A stretch of 64,000 nt of DNA from Leucoraja erinacea (lineage: Eukaryota). The DNA is taken from contig NC_073378.1 in assembly GCF_028641065.1 (NCBI RefSeq), positions 138,632,001 to 138,696,000 on the forward strand. Direction: 5' to 3'. Below the pieces are notes generated by a model. The model saw nothing but the letters and a program-made list of their open reading frames with translations, was not told where the DNA came from and searched no databases. Within the stretch, counting starts at the first letter, position 1, and each line of letters opens with the position of its first letter. A program made the translations under genes and the position numbers. Positions 51,939 through 63,790 of the stretch are shown here, one piece after another.

Positions 51939-52726
51939 GTAAGAGTTCAGAAGCAATCACCGACTGCGGTGTCTTCTTATGCAAATTCCATTGTTACTGG
52001 TGCAATGATAAAAATGAACGGGGAAAACAGATGCTGCGGGTGTAGAATGCAGTTGAAATTAAAATGTTGCTGCCATGACCCAGATGCGGGAGAAAATGAT
52101 ACAAAACTATTTTACACTTAATCAGTGGCATGAGCTGCTGACGTACCACTATCGCGATGGGTTAATTAAAGATGAGGTGCTTATATCAGAAATTGATGTT
52201 AATTGAAGACGTGTAATTCTGAATAATGGGATTGCACTGGCAATGTTCACGTAACCAATGACTATGATTGAGAATAATTGCAGGCACGAACTACTCAGGG
52301 CTACCTATGTGAAGGAGCGACCCCCAGTTGCAGGTGTAAACCGAAGATAGACACAAAATGCTCCAGCAACAGCAGGTCGGGCATCAAAAATCGAGAAAGG
52401 GAATAGCAGACGTTTCGGGATGAGAACGTCCTTCAGTGTATTCAGTGAGAAGAAAGGTCTCGCCTGAAACGTCACCTCTTCCTTTTCTCCAGTGATGGTG
52501 TCTGACCCGCAACGTCTTCCGTGTACCCGCATCCACTCCGGTTGCTAGCCATCTGTTCGGAACACGAGCAAGTGTATACGAAGCCGGCAATTGCCGTGGT
52601 AGTACCAGATATTCGCGGACGGCGTCATCAGTACACCAGCACATGCCTACGATGACCTTTGAGACACTTCCTCATTCGCATGATCGAGACAGTGGAGTCT
52701 CACCTTTAAATCATCATGTTTTTCAG

Positions 52727-52887
52727 CTGTGGAATCGCCGATGCAGTTTTCGGACCGAAATTGATCTTCATTTGCGATGGATTTATCGGTCGATATGTGA
52801 ACGTCATCATCCCAGGCCCGGATAAAATCCTAACCCTGTGCGAGGTTGAGATATTTGGTTCAGAACTCGAGTACTTACATGGAAAAG
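52727..52887 (+). CDS. FTLD 13 exon B (short)
   Basis: tttcag|C TGT GGA...AAA G|gtaggc, 161 nt. Confidence 0.87.
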
Positions 52888-53535
52888 GTAGGCTGGACAC
52901 CGCGCTGATGCTCTGGTTGTACACAGCCCCACAACTTAGCTAAGCGATTTTCCCGCTGATAAAGTCTGAGTTTAAGTTCCTTGTTGAAGCCCAGTACAGC
53001 CACTCCCTACGCTCTGGTCTTTGCCATTCGTAGTTTTCTCACCAGTCTTGGACCCTCGCTGTGTCCGAACATGTGCATGGCTGTTCATGAAATCCCTGAG
53101 ACGGTCGGTACATTAGCCTTCAACCAATTCGTCCGCAAACATTATGCTGACAAACACCAGCCACGCACCAAAAATACACTTCTATGGAAGCACGGTTATA
53201 GAGTATATTCCTGTTACCCGCTAGAGAACGGTCCTCACATGAGTTGCAGTGCAATCCCGATATTCATCTTACCTCAGCGCGGTTCGCAGACCAATGTTCC
53301 CTAGCCCTATTGCTATAATACGATGACACCATGTTATACAATCTGTTGTTTTATTTGTACTTTACCTTTTGCTCTTGTGTGCGGCTTCATTGCACTGATG
53401 TGCAGTATGATGTTTGTGTAGCACAAAAAATTGTTTGCACTGCATCGCGCTTCACTTGACCACACTAAATGAGAACGAATATCAATGCAATGCACTGTTG
53501 ACCCAAACCCTGACAGCAGGCCGACATCCCTTGGT

Positions 53536-53540
<5 letters not shown>

Positions 53541-53591
<51 letters not shown>
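53541..53591. repeat. Poly-C tract
   Basis: About 51 consecutive C just upstream of the collapsed relic. Confidence 0.9.
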
Positions 53592-53624
53592 TTTCGGTCC
53601 AGTGAGATGTTTCTCGCCCAACAT

Positions 53625-53677
53625 AAAACGCGGCGTTGGGATATTTGTTTAGGAACTCCCGTCCTTACATGGAAAAC
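53625..53677 (+). pseudogene. Collapsed domain relic: start of an exon A fused to the end of an exon B
   Basis: aacat|AAAACGCGGCGTTGG (exon A start, acceptor AG mutated to AT) runs directly into GATATTTGTTTAGGAACTCCCGTCCTTACATGGAAAAC|gtagac (exon B end); both flanks are homologous intron sequence. Confidence 0.8.
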
Positions 53678-54407
53678 GTAGACTGAAGTATCCGCTGAGG
53701 CTCCTGTTGTTCACAGACCCACAGCTTAAGTGAGAGAATCTCCCGTTGATAATGTTTTAAGATAATAACCTTACTTGAAACTACAACTCTGCTTTGTACC
53801 ATTCTTCGTTTAATCGCCAGTCTTGGATCATCCCTTTATCCAAGCATGCACCTGTCTCCGAATGCATTGACTGCGAGATACGGTGCACAATTAAACATCC
53901 ATTCAACCCGGAGACTTCATGCCGATAGGCACCAGCCACGCCCCAATGAAATGCACATCTAATGAAAGTCGATGAAGAATATCACCCTGCTATCATATTA
54001 TTGCACCGTGCTATCTTTAAACGGTACTGTTGAACTGTACTACCAATTGGTGCATGTGACAATCCATGTCCTTTGTCCTTTTGTTCTATGTTGAGTAGTA
54101 GTGTAAACTCAATCTTTTCACGCGTCAGTGCGGTGTATAAACGTAAATCCATAACATTGACATGAGATCTATTGATTCTTCAACTTTACCTGGTGCTCTT
54201 GTCTGCGGCGTCATGGCACTGATGTACCGTATGATTTGATTCGATAGTAGTGAGAATGGAATGCACTACATATCGCTTCACTTGATCATGGTAAAGCAAT
54301 AAGAATATTAATGAGATACCCTGCTGATCCAAACCTAATAGAAGGACTACATCCGTCGGTAATATATCTCACCCTTTCGGCTCAGTGAGGTGTTTCCTAA
54401 CCTACAG

Positions 54408-54687
54408 AAAACTTTGCGTTGGAATCAAGTACGACCCAGTCCAGCACGTATCCAGGGTCAGGTTCTGAGAGAGCTAACGATGGTAACAGCGACAGCGACT
54501 TCAGGCATGGTTCATGCGCGCGCACATATAAATCCAGGGACCCTTGGTGGAGAGTCGATCTAAATGAAAGCTACAACGTGTCAGATGTAAGAATCACCAA
54601 CAGAGCAGACTGCTGCTCGGAGCATCTCGTAGGTGCCGAGATCCGCATCGGTGATTCGCTGGAGAAAGATGGCAATTTCAACAGACT
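54408..54687 (+). CDS. FTLD 14 exon A
   Basis: tacag|AA AAC TTT GCG...AGA CT|gtaagt, 280 nt; NRADCCSEHL. Confidence 0.88.
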
Positions 54688-55019
54688 GTAAGTATTCTGA
54701 AACAATCGCCGACTCTGCTCACCTGTGGTGTCTTCTTCTGCAAATTCCACTGTCATTGCAATGATAAAATGACCTCACTGAAGAAAAAAAATAAAATTGC
54801 GCTGCGCTCACCCTGATGCGATGGAAAATTATACACAGCCGTTGTCCATTTATTCAGTGGCATGGCCCGCTGACGTACATCTATAGACATGGGTTCAACA
54901 AAGGGACATGCATAAAGCAAACAATTCATTCATTTCATTTACGCGACAGTCCGATAGTGACTGGCGCGCGACAGTCGCGTGCATCATCATGCCCTTTCAA
55001 ATATTTTATCTGCTCTGCA

Positions 55020-56645
55020 GAATATAAAGCCGGACAGTAAAAGCTTCTTTAGGTATGTGAAGAGGAAAACATTAGTTCAGACCAAAGATGGACCCTTGAA
55101 AACCGAAAAGGGTGAATTTATTATGGGGAACAAGGAAATGGCAGATGAGTACGTTGGGTCTGTCTTCACTAAGGAGGACACAAACAATCCTCCTGATATA
55201 GTAGTGGCCAAATGATCTGGGGTGACGGAGGAACTGAAGGAAATCCAAATTAGGCAGGAAATGCTGTTGTATAGACTGATGGGACTGAAGGCCGGTAAAT
55301 CCCCAGGACCTGCTGGTCTGCATCCCAGGGTACTTAAGGAAGTGGCTCTAGAAATCCTGGATACATTGGTGATAATTTTCCAATTTTCTATAGACTCAGG
55401 GTCAGTTCCTGTGGATTGGAGGGTAGCTAATGTTATCCCACTTTTTAAGAAAGACCGGAGAGAGAAAACATGGAATAATAGACCAGTTAGCCTGACATCG
55501 GTGGTGGGGAAGATGCTGGAGTCAATTATAAAAGATGAGATAGCCGAACATTTAGATAGCAGGAACGGGATCGGTCCGAGTCAGCATGGATGCATGAAGG
55601 GGAAATCATGCTTGACTAATCTACTGGATTTTTTTTGCAGATGTACCTAGGAATATGGAGAAAGGAGAGCCAGTGGATGTAGTGTACCTGGACTTTCAGA
55701 AAGCATTTGATAAGGTCCCATGTAGGAGATTATTGGCAAAATTAGGGCACATTGTATTGGGGATAGAATGCTGCATGGATAATGAAGTGGTTGGCAGACA
55801 GGAAACAAAGAATAGGGATTTAAAGGACCCTTTCAGAAGGACAGGCAGTGACTGGTGGAGTACCGCAAGGCTCGGTGCTGGGATCGTAGCTATATACAAT
55901 ATACCTCAATGATTTGTATGAAGTAACAATAGCAAATTTGCAGATTACGCAAAGCTGGGTGGCAGTGTGAGCTGTGACTTGGACAGGTTGGAGGAGTGGG
56001 CAGATGCATGGCAGTTGATGATTAATGCGGATAAATGTGAGGTTGTCCCCTTTGGTAGCAGAAACAGGAAGACAGACTACTATCTAAATGGAGTCAGATT
56101 GGGGAAAATGGGATACAACGGGATATGGGCGTCCTCGAACATCAGTCTATGAAAGTAAGCATGCAGGTGCAGCAGGCAGTGAATAAAGCGAATGGCATGT
56201 TGGCCTTTATAACACGAGGAACCGAATATAGGAGCAGAGAAGTCCTGCAGTTGTACAGAGCCCTAGTGAGACCACACCTGGCGTATTGTGTGCAGGTTTT
56301 GTCCCCTAATTTGAGAAAGGACATTCTTGATATTGAGGGAGTGCATCGTAGGTTTACACGGTTAATTCCCGGGGTGGCGGGACTGTCATATGCTGACAGA
56401 ATGGAGCATCTGGGTTTGTACACTCTGGAGTTTAGAAGGATGAGAGGCAATCTCATCGAAACATATCAGATTGCTAAGTGTTTGGACGCTCTATAGGCAG
56501 GAAACATATTCCAATTGGTGTGTGAGTCCAGAACCAGGGGCCACAGTTTAAGAATAAGGAGTAAGCCATTTAGAATCGAGACGAGGAAACACTTCTTCTC
56601 GCAGAGAGGTGTGAGTCTGTGGAATTCTCTGCCTCAGAGGGCGGA
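55020..56645 (+). mobile_element. Decayed CR1 RT segment, apparently within a CpG-rich short repeat (54935-54990, 56645-56850)
   Basis: [49 protein letters not shown] remnants. Confidence 0.88.
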
Positions 56646-57266
56646 GGCGGCATACACGATACGACACGCCGGAGGCGCGCAAAGAATGTATGCCCAACAA
56701 AATCCTGGAGCGCGGCGCGATACCGCGCGGAACTCCATACTCCTCCGCGCTTCTCCATGCGACCGTCCCGCGCGGCCCACACGCTACCAGTGCGCCTCAA
56801 CGCGACGAGGTCGCGTAAATGTGCGCAAATGATGGCCAAGTGAGACAGGTATCCAGTGGCTAGTATTAAGCATCATGCCCGCTCGGTCCACTCAGGGCTA
56901 TCTTTGTGTGTGTGGGAACGAAATGCAGATGCAGGTTTCAACCGAATTTAGACATAAAAAGCTAGAGTAACTCATCCGATCGGAGAGCAACTCTGGAGAA
57001 AAAGTATAGCAGACGTTTCGGGTAGAGAACCTTCTTCAGTCTCCAGGGACGATGTCTGACCCGGAACGCTACTTATCTATTCGCAACATCTGTTGTTCCG
57101 AACAGGAGCAAGATGATACGATGCCGTCAATTGCCACGGGAGCACCACATATCACCGGAACGTGTCATAATTGCACTACAACAGGCCTATGGTAACTTTT
57201 GACACGCTTCCTCATACGCACGATCGAGACAATGGAATCTTACCTTTACATACTCATCTTTTTTAG

Positions 57267-57427
57267 CTGTGGAATCGTTGATTCTGTTTCTGTGACGACA
57301 TTGACTTTCAATTGTGGTGGATATGTCGGTCGATATGTGAACATCATCATCCCAGGCCCGGATCAAATCTTAACCCTGTGTGAGGTTGAGATATTTGGTG
57401 CAAAACTCCCGCACTTCCGTGGAAAAG
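57267..57427 (+). CDS. FTLD 14 exon B (short)
   Basis: ttttag|C TGT GGA...AAA G|gtaggc, 161 nt. Confidence 0.87.
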
Positions 57428-57659
57428 GTAGGCTGAATCCGCTGCGGCTCCGCCGCACAGCTTACTTGAGCGAGTCTTCCGCTGATAACGTTTGAGAATA
57501 ATTACATCACTGAAGACAAGTACCGGAATCCCCAACGTTCTGCTCTTTGTAATTCTTAGTTTAATCGCCAGTCTTTCACACTACATTTGTCCAAGCACGA
57601 GCCTGTCTACGAGTGCAATATATGAGAGACTCGCCGCACATGCTCACATCCTTTCAGTC

Positions 57660-58180
57660 AGAGAAATAGAAACATTGAAAATAGGTAGCTGGTCCAGTCC
57701 TTGTATAATTTTATATGTTTCGATATGATGAGATCCCCCTCATCTTTCTAAACTCTAGTGAATACAAGCCTAGTCTTTTCAATCGTTCCTCATATGACAG
57801 TCCCGCCATCCCAGGGATCAATCTTGTCAACCTACTCTGCACTGCTTCAATCACAAGGATGTCGTTCCGCAAATTCGTAGGCCAAAACTGTACGCAATAC
57901 TCCAAATGTGGTCTCACCAGAGCCCTATACAACTGCAGAAGAACCTTTTTACTCCTATACTGAAATCCTCTTGTTATGAAGGCCAATATTCCATTAGTTT
58001 TCGTCACTGCCTGCTGTACCTGCACGTCAACTTTCAGTGGCCAGTGTACAAGGACAACCAGGTCTCGCTGTACCTCCCCTCTTATCTAACTTAACCCCAT
58101 TGAGATAATAATCTGCACCCTTGTTTTTGCCACAAAAGAGGATAACCTCACATGTGTCTATATTTTATTGCATCTGCCAC
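57660..58180 (-). mobile_element. CR1 3' fragment with internal deletion
   Basis: [38 protein letters not shown]. Confidence 0.82.
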
Positions 58181-58774
58181 GCTTCAGCCACGCGACCTAA
58201 TACTAATAAGCACCATCCCCGCACCAACGAAATGCACATCTCATGGAACACGCTTGGAGATTACCACCCTACTGTCAGATTATGTAACGGTCCTATCTTG
58301 AAATGCCGTGTAACCTTATTACTTTAACGCCTCAGTGCGGTGTTGGGTCTTTTTTCCATAACCGTAAATCCATTACACTGTGACACCATATCATGAAATC
58401 TATTGATTTTTCTACTTTATCTGTTCCTTGATTTGATTAGATTTGATAGTGGAGACGAGGGCATTCACTTCTTCGCGCTTCATTTGACCATAGTAAAGCA
58501 ACGCACAGCATCACATACTAGTTGAGCGAGCCTCCAGCTGATTTTGCTTTTCACTTTACCTGTTGCTCTTGTGCAAGGCTTCATAGAGATGATGTGTGAT
58601 ATGATTTGAGTGGATGGTACAAACACGGGTTTCCACTGCATCTTACATCACTTGGGATACTAAAGCAATACTTATATCAATTAAATACGTTGATCCAAAC
58701 CGTGATAGAAAGCCTACATCCGTCGGCATTTAATATCGCCCTTGCGGTTCAGTGAGGTTTTTCCTTACGAACAG

Positions 58775-59054
58775 AAAATGTGGCTTTCGGAAAACCGTCG
58801 ACCCAGTCCAGCGCGTATCGATGGGCAGGTGCTAGGCGAGCCAATGACGGTAACAGCGATACCGATTTCACGCATGGTTCATGCACACGCACCTGGAAAT
58901 CCAAGAACCCTTGGTGGAGAGTCGATCTATTAGAGATCTTCAACGTGTCAGATGTACGAATCACCAACAGAGCAGACTGCTGCTCGGACCGGCTCCGTGG
59001 AGCGGAGATCCGCATCGGGAACTCACTGGCGAACGATGGCAATTCTAACGGACT
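58775..59054 (+). CDS. FTLD 15 exon A
   Basis: aacag|AA AAT GTG...GGA CT|gtgagt, 280 nt; NRADCCSDRL. Confidence 0.88.
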
Positions 59055-59764
59055 GTGAGTATTCAGGAGCAAACGCCGACTCTATTCAGTTGCGGTGTCT
59101 TATTTTGTAAGTCCCATTGTTGCTGGAGCAGTGACGACACACGTGGGAAGTAGAGTGAAGCTGCAGGTTATGGCCGATCTAAATGCAGAACGCTGAATCT
59201 GAGAACACAACCCAGATGCGAGAGAAAATGACATGGAGCCGCAGTCCACATATTTGGTGTCACGACCTGCTGATGTACTTCCAGATCAATGGACTACCTT
59301 CAATAAAATAAGATCAGTATATTTGTAGACAAGTGCTGTAGAAACTCAAAGGGTGCAGCAGCATCTATGGAGCGAAGGAAATATGTAATATTTCGGGCCG
59401 AAACCATTCTTCAAGTCCTCTGCAGTTATCTGCTGTACCTTCTTAAATTAGTCAAAGCATTTGTAAATGAAATTCATTCAAGTTATGTAGTATTGAGCAA
59501 TCTGATGGCAGTAGCAATTTTCACCGATCGTGCAGTCCCTACCCAGACAAGGTTCCCTCTGTATCCGGACCCTCTCCTGTTCTTAGCTACCTTTTCAGGA
59601 CGGAAGCAAGTGGGCAGGATGCCTGAGGTAGCCGCAGGAGCCCCCTACATCCAAGGAATATGTCTCCAGTTCACCAACGCAGGACTATGAGAACGTTTGA
59701 CATGCTTCCTCGTCGGCATGACCGAAACAGTGGAGTCTCACTTTTTAATCCTCATCTCTTTCAG

Positions 59765-59925
59765 CTGTGGAATCGTTGATTCAGTTTCTGTGACGAAATT
59801 GATCTTCAATTGTGGTGGACTTGTCGGTCGATATGTGAACATCATCATCCCGGGCCAGAAGAAAATATTGCACCTGTGCGAGGTTGAGATCTTCGGTACG
59901 GAACACCCGTCTTTACCTGGAACAG
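59765..59925 (+). CDS. FTLD 15 exon B (short)
   Basis: tttcag|C TGT GGA...GGA ACA G|gtacgc, 161 nt; ILHLCEVEIFG. Confidence 0.87.
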
Positions 59926-59984
59926 GTACGCTGAACTTCCCGCAGACGCTCTCGCTCTGCACTGCATCGAACCGTATTTGGGCA

Positions 59985-62534
59985 AAGATGGCGCCTGCCT
60001 GCGGCGACTTTTGCAAAGCACAAGATCATCAAAGGATCAACATCAACTCCCAACAACTCACCCGCATCAGGGAAACAGCAGAAATATGTACCGTTCCGGA
60101 TAAGCTGCATGGGAAACTGAAGGCTCTTGCAGTTTCGCGATCTCCCGCAGCTGCGGGAGCCCCAGACTTAAAACGTATCCACGCTCACTTGAAATCACCC
60201 GACCCGACGGAGGAACGCAGGTACTGTACCTGGAATGTCCGGGATGACCTCCAGGGCCGACGGGCTGGATCTTCCAGGAACAGCGTAGCTGGAGTTGCTT
60301 CCAGTGTGTCCGGAAACGTGGCCGACGGGCAGGACTTCAGGTCAGATTGAAGCGCAGAGGACTTCTGCCGCCTCTCCCTACTATCCTATTGGCCAACGTA
60401 TAGTCCCTTGAATATAAAGTGGAGGACTCAAGGGCAAGGCTGCTTTATCAAAGGGAGCTGATGGAATGCTCTTTATCCTGTTTCACCGAGACATGGCTCA
60501 CCCCCAGCTCCCCAGACTCAGCGGTCCTGTCCAGCCGAAAACTTCGACCGATGCCAGTGTACGGTCCACCGTATGGTCCGTACACTTGCATCTGGAAAAG
60601 GGAGAGGATGGGGCGTCTGCCTCGTGGTCAACTCTGTGTGGTGCTCAGACGTGGCGTTCCTGTCCAAATCCTGCTCTCCACACCTCGAGCATCTGGCGGT
60701 GAAGTGCCGTCCCTTCTACCACCCGAGGGAATTCACCTCCATCATCCTGACCGCGATCTACATCCCACCCCAGGCAGACGTCCGTCTGGCACTGGACGAG
60801 CTGCACGCCGTGGTCAACAAACACCAGACGTCTAACCGCCGGGGCGTTCACCATCATAGCTGTGGACTTCAATAAAGCAAACCTGAAAAAATCGCTCCCA
60901 AACGTCCAACAACATGTCTCCTGCTGCACCAGAGGACCAACCACCCTCGATCACTACTACACCACCAATAAGAATGCATAACGCTCTATCCCTCGCCCAT
61001 ACTTCAGTAAATCCGACCATACCGCGGTGCTGCTTATTCCTGATTACATGCAGCAATTGAAGAGGGCACCCCCCGAGGTGAGGACTGCACACAGCTGGTC
61101 CGGGTTGGGGTGGGGGGGTGGCAGAGGATTTTTTGGAGTGTGTAGATTGGGCAGTGTTCAGGAATCTGGAACGGACCTGAACGAAAAAGCCACAGATGAA
61201 GTGCTATGAGAGGTTGATCATGGCGCAAGTCATCTCCTACCTCGACAAAAACCTCGAACGACTGCAGTTTGATTAGCGCCACGACAGATCAACGGTGGAT
61301 GCGATCTCGTTGGTTCTCCAGTCCGCTCTGGACCACTTGGACAACAAAAACACATATGTCAGGCTGTTTTCCATTGATTACAGCTCGGCATTTAATACAG
61401 TCATCCCCTCCAAGCGGGTTACCGAACTCGCATAACTGGGTTTCTGCTCATCCCTCTGCAATTGGTTCATCGACTTCCTCATTCACAGACCACAGTCAGT
61501 TCGTATTGGTAGAAATGTGTCAGCCTCAATAACAATAATCACGGGAGCACCTCAAGGCTGCGTGCTTAGCCCCTGCTGTACTCACTCTGTCCTCATGACT
61601 GCATAGCCGGTCATGGTGCGAACTCCATCATCATGTTCGCTGACGACACCACTTTTGTGGGACTTATCACTGATGGGGACGAGACATATTATAGAAGTGA
61701 GATCGACCGACTGACCAAATTATGCCAGCACAATAACCAGGCCCTCAACACCAGCAAAACCAAGCAACTGATTGTGGACTTTGGAAGGGGGAGGATGGGG
61801 ACACACACAGTCTCGTTTATATCATCGGGTCGATGGTGGAAATGGTCAACAGCTTCAAATTCCTGTGCGTGGACATCTCTGAAGATCTCTCCTGTTCCGA
61901 GAATACTGATGCAATCATAAAGAAAGCACATCAACGCCTCTACTTCCTGAGATGATTACGGAGAGTCGATTTGTCAAGGGGGACTCTCTCTAACCTCTAC
62001 AGGTGCACAGTAGAAAGCATGCTGACTGGTTGCATCGTGGCTTGGTTCGGAAACTTGAGCGCCCTGGTGCAGAAAAGATTACAACAAGTGACAAACACAG
62101 CCCAGTCCAACATCGGTTCTGACCTCCCGTCCATCCAGGGGATCTATCACAGTCGCTTCCTCAAAAAGGCTGTCAGTATCATCAAGGACCCACACCACCC
62201 CGGCCCAACACTCATCTCCCAGCTACCTTCAGGTCGAAGGTTCCGGAGACTGAAGACTGCAACCACCAGGTTCAGGAACAGCTTCTTCCCCACAGCCATC
62301 AGGTTACTAAACTCGGCTCGGACAAAACTCTGAACATTAATAGCTCATTATCTGTTTATTTGCACATTATCTGTTTAATTATCCATGTGTGTATATATTT
62401 ATCAAATGGTATATGGACACACTGATCGGTTCAGTTTTCGTGCCAACTATGTTCTGTTATGCTAAAGCAAAGGAATAATTTAATTGGCCTATCAGGAACA
62501 CATGACAATAAAACTCTTTTGAGCTCTTGAACTC
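59985..62534 (+). mobile_element. Decayed Rex1/Babar-like LINE with internal deletion
   Basis: 5' aagatggcgcc; LPTILLANV, CFTETWL, EHLAVKCRPFY.PREF, ALDHLDNKNTYVR..DYSSAFNT, FADDTT, RFRNSFFPTAIRLLN; 3' caataaa + ttgaactc-type tail. Confidence 0.85.
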
Positions 62535-62849
62535 TCGCCGATAATGTTTGAGGATAATTACCTTCCTGAAGCACATTGCCGTCTTTCTCAACAACTATGC
62601 ACTTTACCATTCTTATTTCAATCGCCTGTCTTGGACGGACCCTCATGTTGTCCAAACATAATCCGGTCTATGAATGACATCCCCGAGACACTCGGTGCAC
62701 GCACCGTCATCCATTCAGTGCGCAGAGATGAATCAAATAAACACGAGCCACACAGCAACGAATTGCAAACCTTTTGAAACACTTTTAAATCGTGTCTGTC
62801 CGCCTTCTGGCTACCGAGCGCCCCCCTCTTGAGTTACAGAGTTTTCATA

Positions 62850-63790
62850 GTAATCATAGTTTCACAGCATGGAAACAGGCCCTCCGACCCAATAGGCCCA
62901 CACCGGCCATCTAGTTCCACCTACCTGCTTTCGGCCAATATCCCTCTGAATCTGTCATATCCATGTACCTCACGAAACATTTCTCAAATGTCGCGATAGT
63001 ACCTGCCTCAACTACGTCCTATGGGAACTCGTTCAATACATCTGCCATCATTTGCGTGGAAATGTTACCTCTATGGTTCTTTACAAATCCCACTCACCTT
63101 AAATCCACGAGTCTCGATTCCCCGACTGTCGGCAGGAGACTCTGAGCGTCTAACCGATAAATGCCTCTTATGATTTTATATACCTATATATGATAACATA
63201 TATCGCATCTCCTGCGCTCCAAGGAATAGTCATATCTTGGTAAATCTCTCACCATAGCTCAGACCCTCGAGTTCTGTCTACACACTCGTAGAACTTCTCT
63301 GCGCACTTTCCAGTTGACAACATCTTTCCTATAACATGGTGGCCAAAACTGAACACAATGTGGCCTCATCAACGTCTTACACGACAGCAACATGAACTCC
63401 CAGCTTCCATAGTCAATGCTGTAACTGATGAAGGTCAATGTGCCAGGCACCTATGGATCACCTTATCTACCTGTGATGCCACTTTCACCGAATTATGTAC
63501 CTGCATTTCTCGATCCCCCTGCTCTACAATTTTACTGCATGCATAACCTATCCGCCAGAGTAGTCTCTTGTAACTTTCCGAGCACAGATGTCAATCTCGC
63601 TGGCCCGTAGTTCCCAACCTTTCCCTACAGCCCGTCTTGAATAGAGGCACAGCATTTGCCTCCTTCCAATCTTCCGACACCTCACCTGCATGTAACGACG
63701 ACATAAATCTCAACGAGGGCTCGTGCAATTTCCCCCCTAGCTCCCCACAATGTCCGTGGACAAATCTGATCAGTTGTAGTGCAATCGCCA
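62850..63790 (-). mobile_element. Old CR1 fragments
   Basis: GEVSEDWKEANAVPLFK and LMRPHCVQFWPPCYRKDVV remnants. Confidence 0.7.

Larger units (their letters stand above)
708..59925 (+). other. Multi-exon gene segment encoding 15 tandem F-type lectin (fucolectin/FTLD) domains; incomplete at both ends
   Basis: 30 exons with AG/GT boundaries alternate A,B,A,B on the + strand. Joined A+B translate to NVA..QSST..A[IN]DGN..GSC..PWWRVDL..ITNRADCC..GAEI.IG..LC..FNC..GRYVNI..LCEVE with all six FTLD cysteines. Phases are consistent (2 then 1). No ATG/signal or terminal exon seen. Confidence 0.9.

Noticed and set aside
708-59925. Assigning a gene symbol (fucolectin or pentraxin-fusion orthologue)
   Set aside because: No pentraxin or other partner domain is visible and orthology cannot be established from this window.
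59697-60350. 217 aa ORF as a terminal exon
   Set aside because: Good phase-1 donor at 59925 at the standard 161-nt length; the remainder is intron and Rex1/Babar-like 5' sequence.
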